Position numbers and translations under genes: made by a program
Shown here: positions 62,600 through 64,000 of the stretch, piece after piece
How the letters are laid out: the number at the start of each line of letters is the position of its first letter
How positions within the stretch are numbered: the first letter of the stretch is position 1
The notes under the pieces: model-generated
What the model was told of the DNA's origin: nothing
Database searches by the model: none
What the model saw: only the letters and a program-made list of their open reading frames with translations
NCBI RefSeq assembly: GCF_036321535.1
Contig: NC_087437.1
Location: 930,001 to 994,000 of the forward strand
DNA from: Camelus dromedarius
Lineage: Eukaryota
Reading direction: 5' to 3'
DNA: 64,000 bases

Positions 62600-62850
62600 C
62601 TGCAATGAACGGTTGGTACTCAGTGTCAGGGATGTTTCTGTTGAGACTTGAGAGATCAAAAAAGTCAGACCAGGGAATCCGGACTTGGTGGATGTCCAGG
62701 CTCTGCCAATGGTAGAGGCGGCCCCAAGGGGGTATCACCAGCACCGATTCCTCCATTTTCAGCAGGGTCTTCAGGAGGAAGGCGATGTGGATACAGACGC
62801 TCCTATGGAGGCTGAAGCCCTCTGGAGGGTTGACGTCACACAGAAGGTAC
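62600..62850 (-). pseudogene. POFUT2: Degenerate copy of protein O-fucosyltransferase 2 exon 2 (unprocessed pseudogene fragment)
   Basis: Minus-strand translation [83 protein letters not shown] aligns without gaps to human POFUT2 as recalled ([83 protein letters not shown]), about 65 of 83 identical. The acceptor ctccctgccag| is intact and homology ends at GCAG|gggag (donor GT>GG). Exon length is 251 nt. Confidence 0.9.
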
Positions 62851-63118
62851 CTGGCAGGGAGCAAAGGAGAGCGGGTCTTCAGGGCCAAGCCTCTGCACAG
62901 GAATCCCGGCTTAGATAGAACAGATACAACGGGAATCCCTGCACAGCCCATGGCCTACAATCCAGACACATTCAGCAGCTTCTGGTTTGTATAGTGGAGG
63001 CACTGCCCACCCGTCTCCATGTGGCCAATTACTTCGAGTCCGGGAGCACATGCAGAAGACATCTTGGCATCTGTCTAACAACGCTAAGTACCTGACTAGT
63101 ACCTGAGCACACGTTCTC

Positions 63119-63586
63119 CAGGGGCTCTCAAGCTTCTTGGCCTACAGACCCCTGTACACTCTTAATTACTGAGGATTCCAAAAGGCTGCTGTTTATGTGG
63201 GTTAAATCTATCAATAGTTCCTGTGTTAGAACTTAAATAAGAACTTTAAAAAATGCTTATGATTTCACTTAAAAATAATAACAACCTACTACATGTTACC
63301 ATTAATACTCTTAAGCAAAAAATAAGTATATTTTTCTAAACAAAAATCATTAATGAGAAGAAGAGCAGTGATTTTAATTTCTGCAAAACTCTTTTGGACT
63401 GGTGAGTTCTGAATTCTATCTGCCTCTAAATTCCCTGTTTTGTGATATCACAGACCAGGTTTTCCCTGGAAATCCCCACAGGAAACTCGGGAGTGCAAGA
63501 GTGTGCAAAAGGCAGGTGACATACCGGCGTTTCTATCAAAATAGTCTTGCATCTCAGGGGCCTCAGACACACTTTGATAACTGCTG
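63119..63586 (+). mobile_element. hAT-Charlie (Charlie4a-like) non-autonomous DNA transposon
   Basis: Degenerate TIRs caggggctctcaagct (63119) and actttgataactgctg (63571-63586). Internal strings gacccctgtacactcttaa, tgtttatgtgggtta and tacatgtta match the recalled consensus. Confidence 0.75.
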
Positions 63587-64000
63587 CCCTACCCTAGGCG
63601 AGACTCTCCTACACAAGAGCCAGGCAAGGGTCCTGGCTTCTTTAATGAGTTATCGCAGCCACACTCCTCCCTTCTCTGTGTTAATGTTCCCACAACCTCC
63701 ATTACTGCAGATGAAGATGTAATCCTCAACTGGGGCCTCTAATCCCAGAAGACTGCCAACTTTGAGAGGGAAGGCCCATCTACCATCCCTACACCCCGCA
63801 CAGTCTATTTTGAGTCAAGCCCTAGATAACTGCTAATCGGCAATGACCCTTGTCTTATTCCTGAGTTTTACCGAAGGAGCCAACATCTGGATGGAACTGA
63901 AATTTCCCTGCAGATAAACAAGGCTGATAAACCACCCCATTCCAACATCTGATTCTGGGGCTCTTCAAAACCCGGATAAGGCCCCGCTTCATAAAAGTCA

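Noticed and set aside
62831..62838. CRE palindrome TGACGTCA
   Set aside because: It lies within POFUT2-derived codons (C-D-V-N), so coding ancestry explains it.

Overview
This is eukaryotic (mammalian) DNA, probably camelid, inferred from a tRNA-derived SINE and L1 3' ends. It spans the edge of a satellite array. Bases 1-45570 are about 183 head-to-tail copies of a ~249-bp satellite monomer, all in one orientation and highly homogeneous, with no insertion visible. The array has two variant domains (boundary ~11.1 kb) and several local higher-order duplications (3-, 4-, 6-, 16-, 17- and ~24-30-mers). It stops abruptly mid-monomer at 45570. The remaining 18.4 kb is ordinary non-satellite DNA with old interspersed repeats (L1, L2, MIR, MER2, hAT-Charlie, a SINE) and three CTCF-like motifs. 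It also holds one recognisable gene remnant: a diverged, splice-donor-dead copy of POFUT2 exon 2 on the minus strand, with no downstream exons visible. No intact protein-coding gene, RNA gene or CRISPR array is supported, and the ORFs in the satellite are artefacts. All family assignments come from recalled consensus sequences, not database searches. I found no evidence of a new enzymatic or defence system; the points of interest concern satellite structure and the adjacent duplicated segment.
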